Below, one piece after another: positions 11,159 to 21,047 of a DNA stretch of 64,000 nucleotides. Made by a program: the position numbers and the translations under genes. The stretch is from Candidatus Bathyarchaeia archaeon (GTDB lineage Bacteria > Bacillota > Bacilli > Brevibacillales > Brevibacillaceae). The notes beneath the pieces were generated by a model, which was given only the letters and a program-made list of their open reading frames with translations, was not told the DNA's origin and did not search any database. The number at the start of each line of letters is the position of its first letter. Position 1 is the stretch's first letter. The stretch covers positions 11,422-75,421 of the forward strand of contig DASQNU010000240.1 of assembly GCA_035644815.1 (NCBI GenBank), in the 5' to 3' direction.

Positions 11159-12251
11159 TCCATGTCGTCCTCCCCAACAACGATCCTTTCAAGGTAATGA
11201 GGATCGTCTCAATTGTCATGCCGCCCTTTACTTCCCGCAGCCCCTCCCGGCAGCAAGCTTCACACAGTTTCTCGAAAAAGATTGGGTGCTCCAACATCAG
11301 ATCACCGACATAGGAGGCGGTCGTGGCTTCCCTAAGCTGGGCGAGCAATTTCTCAGACGCACCTGATTCCTCTGCTACACGGGTCAGAAAACCGAAATCA
11401 ACCGGCGCGCTCTTGGAATGCACCATCATGACCCCTTGTGCCACTTTGGAAAACTTACCCATCATGCCGACGAGCGTTACTTTTTCGATCCCCTTGCGCT
11501 TGCACATCTGCAAGGTGAAACCGACGAAATCACCCATCTCGATGAAAGCCTCCTCCGGTAGGTCCGGGTAGACCTCCATCCCATATTTCTCACTGCGCCC
11601 TCCCGTGGAGAGCACCAGATGACGGCAGCCCGTTTCATACGCGACATTGATCGCATGCACGATGCTTGCCTTCCAGGCGGAGGTGGAGAAAGGCACTACA
11701 ATGCCCCGGGTCCCCAAGATTGAGATGCCGCCAATGATGCCCAGTCGGCTGTTGAGTGTCTTTTTTGCGATCTCTTCGCCGGCTGGGACCGAAATGACTA
11801 CCTTCACCCCTCGCTTTGCACCGTGCTCGGACAGCACCGCTTCCACCGTTTCTGTGATCATCTTACGCGGCACTGGATTGATGGCCGCCTCCCCGATCGG
11901 TACTGGCAGTCCGGGCTTGGTCACGCGACCGACACCGATGCCGCCGTCCAGTACAAAGCCTGGTCCATCCAGCCATGAAACCGTGCTTTGAATTAAGGCG
12001 CCGTGCGTGGCATCCGGATCATCACCGCCGTCCTTGATCACCTCGGCGATAGCCGTCTCCCGGGTGAAGTCGCACTTGACAATCGTAAAGGTCACCTCTT
12101 GGCCAATCGGCAGCATGATGGTCGCCTCTTCCACACGCTCCTGATGGATCAAGGCAAGCAGCGCCGCTTTGGTGGCTGCTGTCGCATTGGCTCCTGTCGT
12201 ATAGCCATATCGCAGCGGTTTCTCTTCCTTGGCTTCCATCTTCGCTTCCAT
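11121..12251 (-). CDS. cbiD: Cobalt-precorrin-5B C1-methyltransferase
   Basis: [33 protein letters not shown]. Confidence 0.95.
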   Translation of the reverse strand: MEAKMEAKEEKPLRYGYTTGANATAATKAALLALIHQERVEEATIMLPIGQEVTFTIVKCDFTRETAIAEVIKDGGDDPDATHGALIQSTVSWLDGPGFVLDGGIGVGRVTKPGLPVPIGEAAINPVPRKMITETVEAVLSEHGAKRGVKVVISVPAGEEIAKKTLNSRLGIIGGISILGTRGIVVPFSTSAWKASIVHAINVAYETGCRHLVLSTGGRSEKYGMEVYPDLPEEAFIEMGDFVGFTLQMCKRKGIEKVTLVGMMGKFSKVAQGVMMVHSKSAPVDFGFLTRVAEESGASEKLLAQLREATTASYVGDLMLEHPIFFEKLCEACCREGLREVKGGMTIETILITLKGSLLGRTTWSDENNESDRNRG

Positions 12252-12255
12252 AAGC

Positions 12256-12903
12256 TTACAGCCTTTCCGCCATGATAGAGATCGCGTTGACCGCCGCTAC
12301 CGTGACGGGGCTGCCTCCTTTACGCCCAATATTCGTAATGAAGGGAACATCCAGCTTGGCCAGCTCCTCCTTGGATTCGGCCGCCGAGACAAAGCCAACC
12401 GGCATCCCAACGATCAAGCCTGGCTTTGCTTCGCCTTCTTTCACCAGCCGGATCAATTCCAGAAGAGCGGTCGGCGCGTTGCCAATGGCGAAAATGCCAC
12501 CCTCTGCTTCTTTTATCGCCTTGCGGATCGAGATGATGGCACGTGTGGTGTTCAGCCGCTTGGCCTCTTCCATCACATCGGGGTCAGAGATGTACACTTT
12601 GACTTCCCCACCGAATTTTTCAATGCGATTCTTGCTAATGCCCGCTTGTATCATCTGTACATCGGCGACAACCAGCTTACCGCTCCGGATGGCGCGAATT
12701 CCCGCATGAATCGCATCCGGATGGAACTGTAGGCTCCGCCCCAAATCAAAATCGGCCGAAGCATGGATGACACGCTGCACTACTGGGAACTGCTCTGCCG
12801 TGAATGGATGCTCTCCCAGCTCCTCCTTGATGATCTGAAAGCTCAAATCCTCAATTTCCTGTGGTTGGATCGTGAGCGGCTTAAACTCTGTGTGAAACTC
12901 CAT
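12256..12903 (-). CDS. cbiC: Precorrin-8X methylmutase
   Basis: RVIHASADF, IGNAPTAL, PVGFVSAAESKE, GRKGGS. Confidence 0.95.
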   Translation of the reverse strand: MEFHTEFKPLTIQPQEIEDLSFQIIKEELGEHPFTAEQFPVVQRVIHASADFDLGRSLQFHPDAIHAGIRAIRSGKLVVADVQMIQAGISKNRIEKFGGEVKVYISDPDVMEEAKRLNTTRAIISIRKAIKEAEGGIFAIGNAPTALLELIRLVKEGEAKPGLIVGMPVGFVSAAESKEELAKLDVPFITNIGRKGGSPVTVAAVNAISIMAERL

Positions 12904-12917
12904 TTGTCGTGCCTCCT

Positions 12918-13691
12918 CTACTGTTTTTTCATCGACTGCGCAAGCTCATCAAGCACGCCCGCGAAATCGGAAAACATGGTACCGTATGCAATTGGCGGAC
13001 GTGCGATAATGATGGTTTCAATCCCCATCTCCAGCGCGGCTTCCACTTTTTCGTCAAACGCTCCCGCCTTGCCGCTCTCCTTGGTAATCATCAGCGTGAC
13101 GCCATAGTGGATGTAGAGCGCTTTGTTCAGTTCTTTCGAAAAGGGGCCCTGCATGGCGACAATGTTTTTCTGCTCGATCCCTAGCTCCTGACACTTTTCC
13201 ATGTTGTCGATACGGGGCAGCATGCGGGCGACCAGCGTGGTGTCCGGCAATCCGTGCAATCTTTCTGTGAAAATCTGCAGGGTTTTGCTTCCCGTCGTCA
13301 GCATAATGACGCCGCGCCGCTCTGCAGCTAGCTCAGCGGCTTCTTTATAATCCTTGGCAATCGTCACCTTTTCGTGCTGCGGATAGCTGGCTCGCTCCCG
13401 CTCAAAGCGGATATAGGGCACGCCTGCTGCTTTAGCGGCCGCCATTGCGTTTTTGGAGGCTTCCTCTGCAAACGGGTGGCTCGCATCGACCACAGTATGG
13501 ATGCCCAGCGTCTGGATCAACTCAGTCGTTTCTGAGTCTGTGAGTCGTCCCGTACGAACAGGCAACCCGGCTTCCTGCATGCTTTTGGCCGCGCTCTCCG
13601 TCACGACTGAGGTGAGCAGATCATAGCCTTCCTGTTGGATGCGCAGTGCCAAGTCTCTGGCGTCGCTGGTTCCGGCAAAAACCAGAATCAT
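12918..13691 (-). CDS. cbiJ: Precorrin-6A reductase
   Basis: ILVFAGTSDAR, VDASHPFA, ITKESG. Confidence 0.93.
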   Translation of the reverse strand: MILVFAGTSDARDLALRIQQEGYDLLTSVVTESAAKSMQEAGLPVRTGRLTDSETTELIQTLGIHTVVDASHPFAEEASKNAMAAAKAAGVPYIRFERERASYPQHEKVTIAKDYKEAAELAAERRGVIMLTTGSKTLQIFTERLHGLPDTTLVARMLPRIDNMEKCQELGIEQKNIVAMQGPFSKELNKALYIHYGVTLMITKESGKAGAFDEKVEAALEMGIETIIIARPPIAYGTMFSDFAGVLDELAQSMKKQ

Positions 13692-13709
13692 CCGGCATAC
13701 TTCCTTTCT

Positions 13710-14621
13710 TTACTTGCGTGAGATTGTGATTGGTTGGTGATGATGGTCATGCTCGTGATCGTGGTGATGATCGTGATCGTGACTGTGCCCATGTTCATGA
13801 TGATGATGATGATGCCCAATATGTTCCATTGCCGCAAACCGGTACTGGCACGTATCGCAATTCATCCGGACTTGCCCATGGAGGGCTTCCTCGACCCGGT
13901 CCTTGAACACTTCCTTCAAAAGTGGATGGAATCCAAAATATTCTGCCAGCGTAAATTGCTTATCCGGATCCCTCTGCGTCCAAACCACCAAATTTTCAGC
14001 CATCCGCTTCATCAGCACGCCTGTGAACAGAAAGTACGGCAGTACCACGACATGGCGCGCACCCAGCTTCAAACATCGTTCAATCCCTTCATCAAACAGC
14101 GGGAAGGTGACTCCCATGAAACCAGTCTCTACAATCTTCACGCCCGAACGCTCCCAAAACAGTCGTGCCATCTTGTAGAGATCGCTGTTGGCATCAGGAT
14201 CGCTACTGCCCCGGCCGACAATCAGGACAGCCAAATCCTCGGGTTTGCTTTCTGCATTCACTCCTGCTTCTTCCAGACGTGCCTCCAAAATCGAAAGTAC
14301 CTGTTCGTGAACGCTTACCGGGCGGCCGTAAATGAACTCCACCTGCGGATATTTCACACGGATCTCGTCGATGGCAGCAGGAATATGAATCTTGGCGTGC
14401 CCCGCAGAGAAGAGCATGATCGGGATCACGATGACACGGGTAGCCCCTTTTTGCACACATGTTTCAAATCCTTTATGCATGTCTGGCTGCACAAACTCGA
14501 GAAAACATGTCTCCACGAGCGGTACCGCCAACTCCTTCGCGATTCCGGCGACGAACTGCCTAACCTCCTCATTCCCAGCGGGGTCTTTGCTACCATGTCC
14601 GACAAACAGCACTGCATCCAT
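13710..14621 (-). CDS. cbiX: Sirohydrochlorin cobaltochelatase with His-rich C-terminal tail
   Basis: Duplicated chelatase halves (VGHGS, VGRGS), MNCDTC Cys motif, poly-His tail. Confidence 0.92.
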   Translation of the reverse strand: MDAVLFVGHGSKDPAGNEEVRQFVAGIAKELAVPLVETCFLEFVQPDMHKGFETCVQKGATRVIVIPIMLFSAGHAKIHIPAAIDEIRVKYPQVEFIYGRPVSVHEQVLSILEARLEEAGVNAESKPEDLAVLIVGRGSSDPDANSDLYKMARLFWERSGVKIVETGFMGVTFPLFDEGIERCLKLGARHVVVLPYFLFTGVLMKRMAENLVVWTQRDPDKQFTLAEYFGFHPLLKEVFKDRVEEALHGQVRMNCDTCQYRFAAMEHIGHHHHHHEHGHSHDHDHHHDHEHDHHHQPITISRK

Positions 14622-14636
14622 TGTTATAGCCTCCCT

Positions 14637-16412
14637 TTACTCGCCGCACACGGCATTCTCGATGGTCACTGTCGCTACTTCGCGATAGGCAAACCCTTCT
14701 ACAAACCCGACACGTTTGAAAAATTTATGAAACCGCTCATCCGGGAATCCAGCGCTCCGATACTGCTCGATGATGCGAGTCAGCACAGGCAGCAGCTCAT
14801 CCGGCTTAATCCCTTCCGCCACCGGAACGCCTGCATGAGCGCTGCGCCCGACGGTTTTGGCTCCGAGAAACAGATCAAAGCCGCCTTTTCGATATACGAT
14901 CCCGATATCTTCCTTCACCGCTCCGTAGCAAGCCATTCCGCAACCATTGAAGCCGATCTTCAGCTCCTTCGGTATGGATTGACCGCCCAGACGAGCTTGC
15001 AGCTCCTCCGCATACGGAATCGCATCTTTTTTCTCCCCGTTGCAAAAATCACACGCCTTCACTTGCAGCACGTCGCCCACTGGCATCAAAAGCAGTCCAG
15101 CTTCCTGCAAACGGCGTGTAACCGCGCCAGGCTCGGCATTCGGGATACGAAGAATAATCTGGTGATGCGGGGTATATTCGATCTCTCCTTGCTCTCCGGC
15201 TACTTCCGCGATCAGGATCATCTGCTGCGGCGTAAACTTTTTGTTGACGATTCCCGGGCTGACCGCACACTCGAAGATGGTCTCCTGGCGAAACAACGGT
15301 GGTTGAACAGGAACGTTGCCTACGGTGGATAGGGTTGTTTTCACTTCAAAACCGAGTGAGCGCTGCAACGTTGACAAGGCTTCTTGTGCCAATTGGGCTG
15401 GAGTGTAGTCAGCTGCTGTATCCGTTAGAGCCGCTTCGGTTGTCAGGTTCACTGCGACCGCCCTCGCTCCTCCAGCCATTGCTTGCTCCTCAACGGTTCC
15501 CGCATTTCCAACCATTCTTACTTGTTCATCGATTCTCGCTTGACGATCCATGCCCAATCCTTGGCCACCCACTGGATCTGCTCCAGCATGCAGCGCCCAA
15601 GGCTCATTTTCGCTGCGCAGCCGCTCATACGGCTTCAAGGGTTGGATATCAGAGGTCAGTGTGTATTTGCGCTGATAGCCGCGTGGCGTGATGATCTTCC
15701 CGTCATAGACAAATGTAGAAGCATTGCCGATGATCACCGTGGTCAACATGCCGATATCGTGATCCAGCATCCTGTCAAGCGTCGTGATTTCCACGTGTTG
15801 TCGATCACGGTAGGCGCTCTTCACGATGCCAACTGGTGTATCCGGGGAACGGTACTGCAGGATGATCCGCTGCGCCTCTACGATTTGCCGAGTCCGTCGT
15901 CCGCTTTTGGGATTATACAGCGCGATGACAAAGTCGGCCCCCGCTGCTGCATCGATTCGCTTGGCGATCAGCTCCCATGGCGTCAAATGATCGCTTAAGC
16001 TGATGGTGCAGGCATCGTGCATGATGGGTGCACCCAGCAAAGCAGCACTGGAATTGATCGCCGAAATGCCAGGGATTACCTCTACCGCGACGCCGGCCGC
16101 TTCTGTCCAGCTCTTCTCGACCAGCACTTCATAGATAAGCCCGGCCATGCCATACACACCCGCGTCTCCACTGGAGATGACAGCAACCTTCTTGCCCTGC
16201 TCGGCTTGACGTACCGCTTCTCTGGCACGGCTCACTTCTTCCGTCATGCCGGTGCTGACGATCTCCTGATGCGTCAGCAGCCCTTGGATCAGTTCGACAT
16301 AGGTGGTATATCCGATGATGATGTCACTCTCTTCAATGGCATCCCGCGCCCGCTTTGTAATATGCTCAGCGCTGCCGGGACCAAAGCCGATCACAAACAG
16401 CTTGCCTGCCAT
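14637..16412 (-). CDS. cbiH: Cobalt-factor III C17-methyltransferase fused to a nitrite/sulfite-reductase-like Fe-S domain (CbiH60 type)
   Basis: N-terminal GFGPG, SSGDAGVYGMA and SLSDHLTPW motifs; C-terminal CDFC...GCGMAC and DIGI..LFLG. Confidence 0.9.
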   Translation of the reverse strand: MAGKLFVIGFGPGSAEHITKRARDAIEESDIIIGYTTYVELIQGLLTHQEIVSTGMTEEVSRAREAVRQAEQGKKVAVISSGDAGVYGMAGLIYEVLVEKSWTEAAGVAVEVIPGISAINSSAALLGAPIMHDACTISLSDHLTPWELIAKRIDAAAGADFVIALYNPKSGRRTRQIVEAQRIILQYRSPDTPVGIVKSAYRDRQHVEITTLDRMLDHDIGMLTTVIIGNASTFVYDGKIITPRGYQRKYTLTSDIQPLKPYERLRSENEPWALHAGADPVGGQGLGMDRQARIDEQVRMVGNAGTVEEQAMAGGARAVAVNLTTEAALTDTAADYTPAQLAQEALSTLQRSLGFEVKTTLSTVGNVPVQPPLFRQETIFECAVSPGIVNKKFTPQQMILIAEVAGEQGEIEYTPHHQIILRIPNAEPGAVTRRLQEAGLLLMPVGDVLQVKACDFCNGEKKDAIPYAEELQARLGGQSIPKELKIGFNGCGMACYGAVKEDIGIVYRKGGFDLFLGAKTVGRSAHAGVPVAEGIKPDELLPVLTRIIEQYRSAGFPDERFHKFFKRVGFVEGFAYREVATVTIENAVCGE

Positions 16413-16432
16413 GCCGCTCACTCCCTTTCAAG

Positions 16433-17122
16433 TTACATGCTTTGAATGATCATAAAGCCGAGTACCAAGCTGTATCCGCCGGTTACTGTGCCAAGCAGCA
16501 GCTGGACTCTTCTTTTCAATGCCGCTTTCATGAAGCCCCAGGAGGCCGCATACGTGACGAGCACCGTGGCGCAAAGCAATCCAACGGTAAAGAGCAAGAT
16601 CTGTATACTGGCAAAAAAGAAATTGTCCAAGCCCACGCTACTCCCAATCAGCATGACCTGAGTAGGGGTCTCAGCCCCGATGCCATGCAGAATGCCGATG
16701 CAAAACGCGCTCAATATCCCCATTTTTTGTATCTGCGCCCGGTTGGTCTTGATGCGGAACATCCGGGCAACCATCTGAATGATCAGCTCCCAGCGGCTTT
16801 GGTACTCATAGGCTTCTTTCTGCTGAAAAATGCTCCACAAAATGAATCCCCCCAGCACCAAGAGACTCAGTCCGACCAGGAATTCCATCGCATGCAGAAT
16901 CGTACCCGGCAGCTTGGAGCCGATCATAACCGCCAGCATGCCAATCACCAGCACGATAGCACCATGGCCCAGCGCATACATGATCCCCATCTGAAGCTGC
17001 CGCTTACGCTGCTTCTCCGCTCCCACCATATCGGCAATCGCGGCTACATGATCCGAATCCATCCCGTGGCGAAAACCGATCAGAATGGCGAAAAACGTAA
17101 AAGATAAAATCTCGAGTACCAT
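16433..17122 (-). CDS. NiCoT/HoxN-UreH-like nickel/cobalt transporter
   Basis: RHGMDSDHVAAI resembles the NiCoT RHAxDADH signature; also GILHGIGAETPTQ; first gene after riboswitch. Confidence 0.82.
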   Translation of the reverse strand: MVLEILSFTFFAILIGFRHGMDSDHVAAIADMVGAEKQRKRQLQMGIMYALGHGAIVLVIGMLAVMIGSKLPGTILHAMEFLVGLSLLVLGGFILWSIFQQKEAYEYQSRWELIIQMVARMFRIKTNRAQIQKMGILSAFCIGILHGIGAETPTQVMLIGSSVGLDNFFFASIQILLFTVGLLCATVLVTYAASWGFMKAALKRRVQLLLGTVTGGYSLVLGFMIIQSM

Positions 17123-17150
17123 CGAATCCCCTCCAAATACTTCCTGCAAA

Positions 17151-17195
17151 AACAAACAAAGGGCATTCCTACCTCATAAAAGGGTAGAAATGCCC
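17151..17195 (-). terminator. Expression-platform terminator of the internal cobalamin riboswitch
   Basis: GGGCATTTCTACC/GGTAGGAATGCCC stem followed by TTTGTTTGTTTTT. Confidence 0.8.
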
Positions 17196-17262
17196 TATGA
17201 CGGACTGCGCATCCGTGGCACTTCAACACCCCCTATCCGCGTAGGTTGATTGTGTTTCACAA

Positions 17263-17460
17263 AAACAGGCAGGTCTCCTGGCTTAGGGCCTCTCTTTTCG
17301 TGCCTTCCCGGAAAGCTGTTTTCCAGTGACATATGGCGAAAAGATTGCTCATGGTTGATGAGCACCCATCACAGTGGCGGGACCGCGCCGGCTTTTCACC
17401 GGACTTCCCTATTAAGTCGAGCCGCGCTTCCCCTTGGAGAAGCACGCTCCACACCTGTTT
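17263..17460 (-). ncRNA. Cobalamin (AdoCbl) riboswitch, internal copy
   Basis: Minus strand carries AGGGAAGTCCGGTGAAAAGCCGGCGCGGTCCCGCCACTGT, GGGAAGGC and the B12 box AGCCAGGAGACCTGCC; P1 pairs AAACAGGT with GCCTGTTT. Confidence 0.95.
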
Positions 17461-17469
17461 TCTCATGTA

Positions 17470-18018
17470 TCAAATTATCGATGGCTCTATGGTCACAAGT
17501 TCCAGATAGGCTGCATTAGGAAGAATGCCTACATCCTTACCATACGCCTGTCCCAGACATTTGATGATACTGCCGTGGGTGACAAGCAAAATATCTGTCT
17601 GCGGATAAGACACCAGAAGAGATTCTACGGCTTCCGTTACCCGCTGTCGTACTGCCGATAGGGCTTCGACCTCCCACTGCCCGTCCTGGATCTCCTCAAT
17701 ATCTGCGATCCCGTAATGGTCCTGAATTTCCTGCAAGGTCAAGCCCTCCAATCTGCCAAAAGAACGTTCACGCATACAGGTGATCACTTCGATTGGCACC
17801 TGAAAGAACTCGCTAGCGATGAAAGCAGACTGCGCGGCACGAAGCAGCGGGCTGGTGAAAATTCGCACGGGTCGCAGCTCCTCTTGGTCAGCAAGTCGTC
17901 TGCATGCTTGCCTGACCTGCTCCCTGCCATCCGGGAGAAGCGGAATATCCCGCAGCCCCTGAATGCGTCTTTCCCGATTCCACGGGGTCTCGCCATGTCT
18001 CATGACAAATAGTCGCAT
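17470..18018 (-). CDS. Histidine phosphatase family protein (second CobC-like paralog)
   Basis: MRHGET..N catalytic motif, ERSFG..EG, VTHG. Confidence 0.85.
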   Translation of the reverse strand: MRLFVMRHGETPWNRERRIQGLRDIPLLPDGREQVRQACRRLADQEELRPVRIFTSPLLRAAQSAFIASEFFQVPIEVITCMRERSFGRLEGLTLQEIQDHYGIADIEEIQDGQWEVEALSAVRQRVTEAVESLLVSYPQTDILLVTHGSIIKCLGQAYGKDVGILPNAAYLELVTIEPSII

Positions 18019-18029
18019 GCGCTGTCCCC

Positions 18030-18992
18030 CTATTTCCACATATTGCAGAGCAGCACCGCCACGGCAAAGAAAAGGAGGGAGAGAACGCTGACTTTTTTCA
18101 TTACGCCAACCGTTCTTCTAATATCTTCCGGGCTTATCGGACGCGTGGGCTCCCCCATCTTAGCTCGATGCGAGGCGATACCCTGATAGTAGTTCGTACC
18201 TCCCAATTGTATCCCGAGCGCCCCTGCGATACCTGCTTCCGGAATTCCGCTGTTGGGACTGGGATGCAGCGAAGCATCGCGTCGGATCGTACGCCAGCAT
18301 CCACGCCAATCCATGTTGCTCCCCATACTGACTGCCACCAGCAGGAGGCTGGTCAACCGAGCCGGTATGTAATTCAGCACATCGTCAAATCGGGCCGATG
18401 CCCATCCAAGATGCTGGTAGTGTTCATTTTTGTAGCCGACCATGGAATCGAGCGTATTGGCCGCCCGATAGACAAAAGCTAGCGGAGCACCACCAATGGC
18501 TGCGTAAAAGAGTGGGGAGATGATCGCATCCACGATGTTCTCCGCCACCGTTTCTACGGCTCCCCGGGAGATTTCGGTCTTCTCCAGGTACTCCGTATCC
18601 CGCCCGACAACCATGGACAGAGAGCGTCGGGCCTCTACCAGATCTCCGCGCTGCAAGTGGCGGTAAATCTCCATTCCTGCATCCGCGAGTCCCTTTGTGG
18701 CAATCGTGGTGGAAATGAGAACCGCTTCCAGCCCCGCTTCCAGCCAAGGGTGAATCCAAGCGGCTGCAAGCAGGATCAGCCAGACCAGAGCGCCGCTGCC
18801 GCCTGCAATGCAAATGGGAAACAGCAAGCCTGCCACTTTCAACATCCGCTCTCCAGTTGCACCACGTCTCACCATTTTTTCCAGTTGTTTAATGCATGCA
18901 CCCATCATCACCACCGGATGAGGAAGCCAGCGCGGATCACCGATCAGGAGATCCAGCAGGTAGGCAGCGATAAGGATCAGGCTCTGTGTCAT
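18030..18992 (-). CDS. cbiB: Adenosylcobinamide-phosphate synthase
   Basis: IGDPRWLPHPV, ETVAENIVD, NTLDSMVGY, SPNSGIPEA. Confidence 0.95.
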   Translation of the reverse strand: MTQSLILIAAYLLDLLIGDPRWLPHPVVMMGACIKQLEKMVRRGATGERMLKVAGLLFPICIAGGSGALVWLILLAAAWIHPWLEAGLEAVLISTTIATKGLADAGMEIYRHLQRGDLVEARRSLSMVVGRDTEYLEKTEISRGAVETVAENIVDAIISPLFYAAIGGAPLAFVYRAANTLDSMVGYKNEHYQHLGWASARFDDVLNYIPARLTSLLLVAVSMGSNMDWRGCWRTIRRDASLHPSPNSGIPEAGIAGALGIQLGGTNYYQGIASHRAKMGEPTRPISPEDIRRTVGVMKKVSVLSLLFFAVAVLLCNMWK

Positions 18993-18993
18993 C

Positions 18994-19701
18994 TCACACC
19001 TCTCTTTGCGTCCGCACCGCTTCCAGAACGGCTCCATAGGTTAGCCGCCCGATAGCCTGCCCGATAGTAGTCGCGGTGCCGGCGAACTGGTGAACTCCAT
19101 CAAAGTGTGCAGCTTGACTTGCGGCTAGGACAATTGCGTCACTCGTCGTACCAGTGATAATCTCACCGTTTGGGTCCCGGATTTGGGCGTCCTGCAGCGC
19201 CGCGCACTTGGCCTCGGTCGCCGTCATGACGGCATTAATCATCGCAGCAGTCGTAAGTCTTGCATCCAGCATGATCATCACGTTGATCGTGCCTGCCCGG
19301 TAGGAGGAATACGCCTTGCGCCTGCGTCCCGCTCTGGCACCATTGCCTGTCCCCGCCGTGGCGCAGACTAGCAGGCTGAATTGGTCGCCCTTCTCCTCTT
19401 GGACAGAGGCAAGCGTCAGCCTGGCTGCGGTCAAGAGTCCTACCGTCTCGTCCGGATCATATCCCCACTGGGTGATCTGGCTCGCCAATTGACCTGCCGG
19501 ATCGTGACTTTGGTAATCCAGGGGGACCAAGCCGTTGATGTACGTGCGGGCATCCTGCATGCCACCCCGCCACAGCGCGCTGCTTACGGTCTGCATCATC
19601 TCCGGACTTTGGATCATAAGATGGTTCTCCCGCAGCCTTAGTCTCAGATGTGGCCATACCTGCGAGTCAAAATAAGTCATGCTGCGAAACGGTTGTGCCA
19701 T
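18994..19701 (-). CDS. cbiZ: Adenosylcobinamide amidohydrolase
   Basis: ATAGTGN, GTINVM, NAVMTATEAK and TGTTSDA motifs of the CbiZ family. Confidence 0.85.
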   Translation of the reverse strand: MAQPFRSMTYFDSQVWPHLRLRLRENHLMIQSPEMMQTVSSALWRGGMQDARTYINGLVPLDYQSHDPAGQLASQITQWGYDPDETVGLLTAARLTLASVQEEKGDQFSLLVCATAGTGNGARAGRRRKAYSSYRAGTINVMIMLDARLTTAAMINAVMTATEAKCAALQDAQIRDPNGEIITGTTSDAIVLAASQAAHFDGVHQFAGTATTIGQAIGRLTYGAVLEAVRTQREV

Positions 19702-19713
19702 GCTGCGTTCTCC

Positions 19714-20316
19714 TTATAACGACGTACTCTCTTTTACCCAACGGCTCCCATCCCAGCTAGCGAGCAGCGCTTCTCCATGGGAGATTGCCTGCACCTCCCA
19801 GAAACATCCCGAATCACCGTGAATCCATTTACTTTGGAACCAGCGGATGACCCCACCGTGACTAACCAACAAAATGGTATCGTCAGGCCTGCATGCCTCC
19901 TTAATACCTGCCAGCAAGCGATCGACACGCTCTCCGAAAGCGAACAAGGTTTCGCCGTCCGGTGGGGAGACGGTGAAGGGATCGGCATACCACATGACGG
20001 CACGCTCATCATCCTCTTCCATGATCTGCGCATAGGTTTTGCCTTCCCAGAGACCAAACGACAACTCCCGTAAAGCCGAACATGCGACAGGTTCAAGTCC
20101 ACGGCCGTTGGCAATGGCCGCAGCCGTCTGGATGCATCGCTGCAAATCGCTGGTATACACAGCGGTGATCGGCCACTGGGACAGCCGATCGGCCAAATTC
20201 CTTGCTTGCTCTTCACCCTTGCTGTTGAGCGGTGGGTCTGCCTGACCAAGATATTGCCGCAGTCGATTCTGCTCGGTTTCCCCGTGCCGGACCCAGATCC
20301 ATCTCATGGCAGCCAC
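19714..20316 (-). CDS. cobC: Alpha-ribazole-5'-phosphate phosphatase (histidine phosphatase)
   Basis: VRHGETEQN, SDLQRC, LRELSFGLWEG, VSHGG; directly downstream of cobS. Confidence 0.82.
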   Translation of the reverse strand: MAAMRWIWVRHGETEQNRLRQYLGQADPPLNSKGEEQARNLADRLSQWPITAVYTSDLQRCIQTAAAIANGRGLEPVACSALRELSFGLWEGKTYAQIMEEDDERAVMWYADPFTVSPPDGETLFAFGERVDRLLAGIKEACRPDDTILLVSHGGVIRWFQSKWIHGDSGCFWEVQAISHGEALLASWDGSRWVKESTSL

Positions 20317-21047
20317 CTTCCCACTGCAAGCAGTCCCAAGAGACAGAATGCTTCAGTCGATTCGATTAATGCTCCGTATACATCGCCCGTCAAGCCACCC
20401 AATTTGCGGATGACCCTGACAGCAAACACGACCGCAAACAACGCTGCGATTCCGATCGCCAGGAGCATCTGCCAGGCGCCAAGACACCAGCCGATCAAAA
20501 GCATAAAGACACAGCCAAAGATCAAGCTCCACACGTTTAACGTCTCGCGCATCCCGAGGGCGATCCCGTCTCGTGCAAGATAAGGAAAAGCGCGCATCAT
20601 GACCATCACCAGCGTGCGGGCAGCCAATGGAACTGCGATCAGCATGGCCGTCCCCGGCTGGGCCAAGATATCGAAGAGCGCCACGCCTTTCAGCAAGAAG
20701 AGGGAGATGGCCGCGATCACCCCCATCGCTCCGACTCGGCTGTCTTTCATAATGGCCAGCATCTGCTCACGCGACCGATTGCTGCCAAGACCATCGGCCA
20801 GATCCATCCAGCCATCCAAATGTAGCCCTCCCGTGAGGTATACCCAGAACAGCAATGTTATCACTGCGCTCACCTGGGGGGAAAACGTGGTTATTGCCGC
20901 CATATGAACCACCCAAAGCAAGAGACCAATCAAAGCCCCGACTAGCGGGTAGTACCGGACGCTGCGCTGCCAGTCCTCTGCCGAATAATTCAGATTTGGA
21001 ACTGGAATCCGTGTCAAAAACGAAACCGCCTGAAACATCGCCTTCAT
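20304..21047 (-). CDS. cobS: Adenosylcobinamide-GDP ribazoletransferase
   Basis: FLTRIP, TGGLHLDGWMDLADG, MKDSRVGAMG, GGLTGDVYGA; ATGA overlap with cobU. Confidence 0.95.
   Translation of the reverse strand: MKAMFQAVSFLTRIPVPNLNYSAEDWQRSVRYYPLVGALIGLLLWVVHMAAITTFSPQVSAVITLLFWVYLTGGLHLDGWMDLADGLGSNRSREQMLAIMKDSRVGAMGVIAAISLFLLKGVALFDILAQPGTAMLIAVPLAARTLVMVMMRAFPYLARDGIALGMRETLNVWSLIFGCVFMLLIGWCLGAWQMLLAIGIAALFAVVFAVRVIRKLGGLTGDVYGALIESTEAFCLLGLLAVGRWLP

Noticed and set aside
13735-13815. Repetitive (TGA/TGG)n tract as a possible array or CRISPR
   Set aside because: It encodes the poly-His tail of CbiX; no repeat-spacer structure or cas genes occur anywhere in the window.
13734-15332. 532-aa plus-strand ORF and the many other long antisense ORFs across the cob and sulfur clusters
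   Set aside because: They lie opposite well-supported genes, show no motifs or RBS, and are expected shadows of GC-rich coding DNA and the His-codon repeat.
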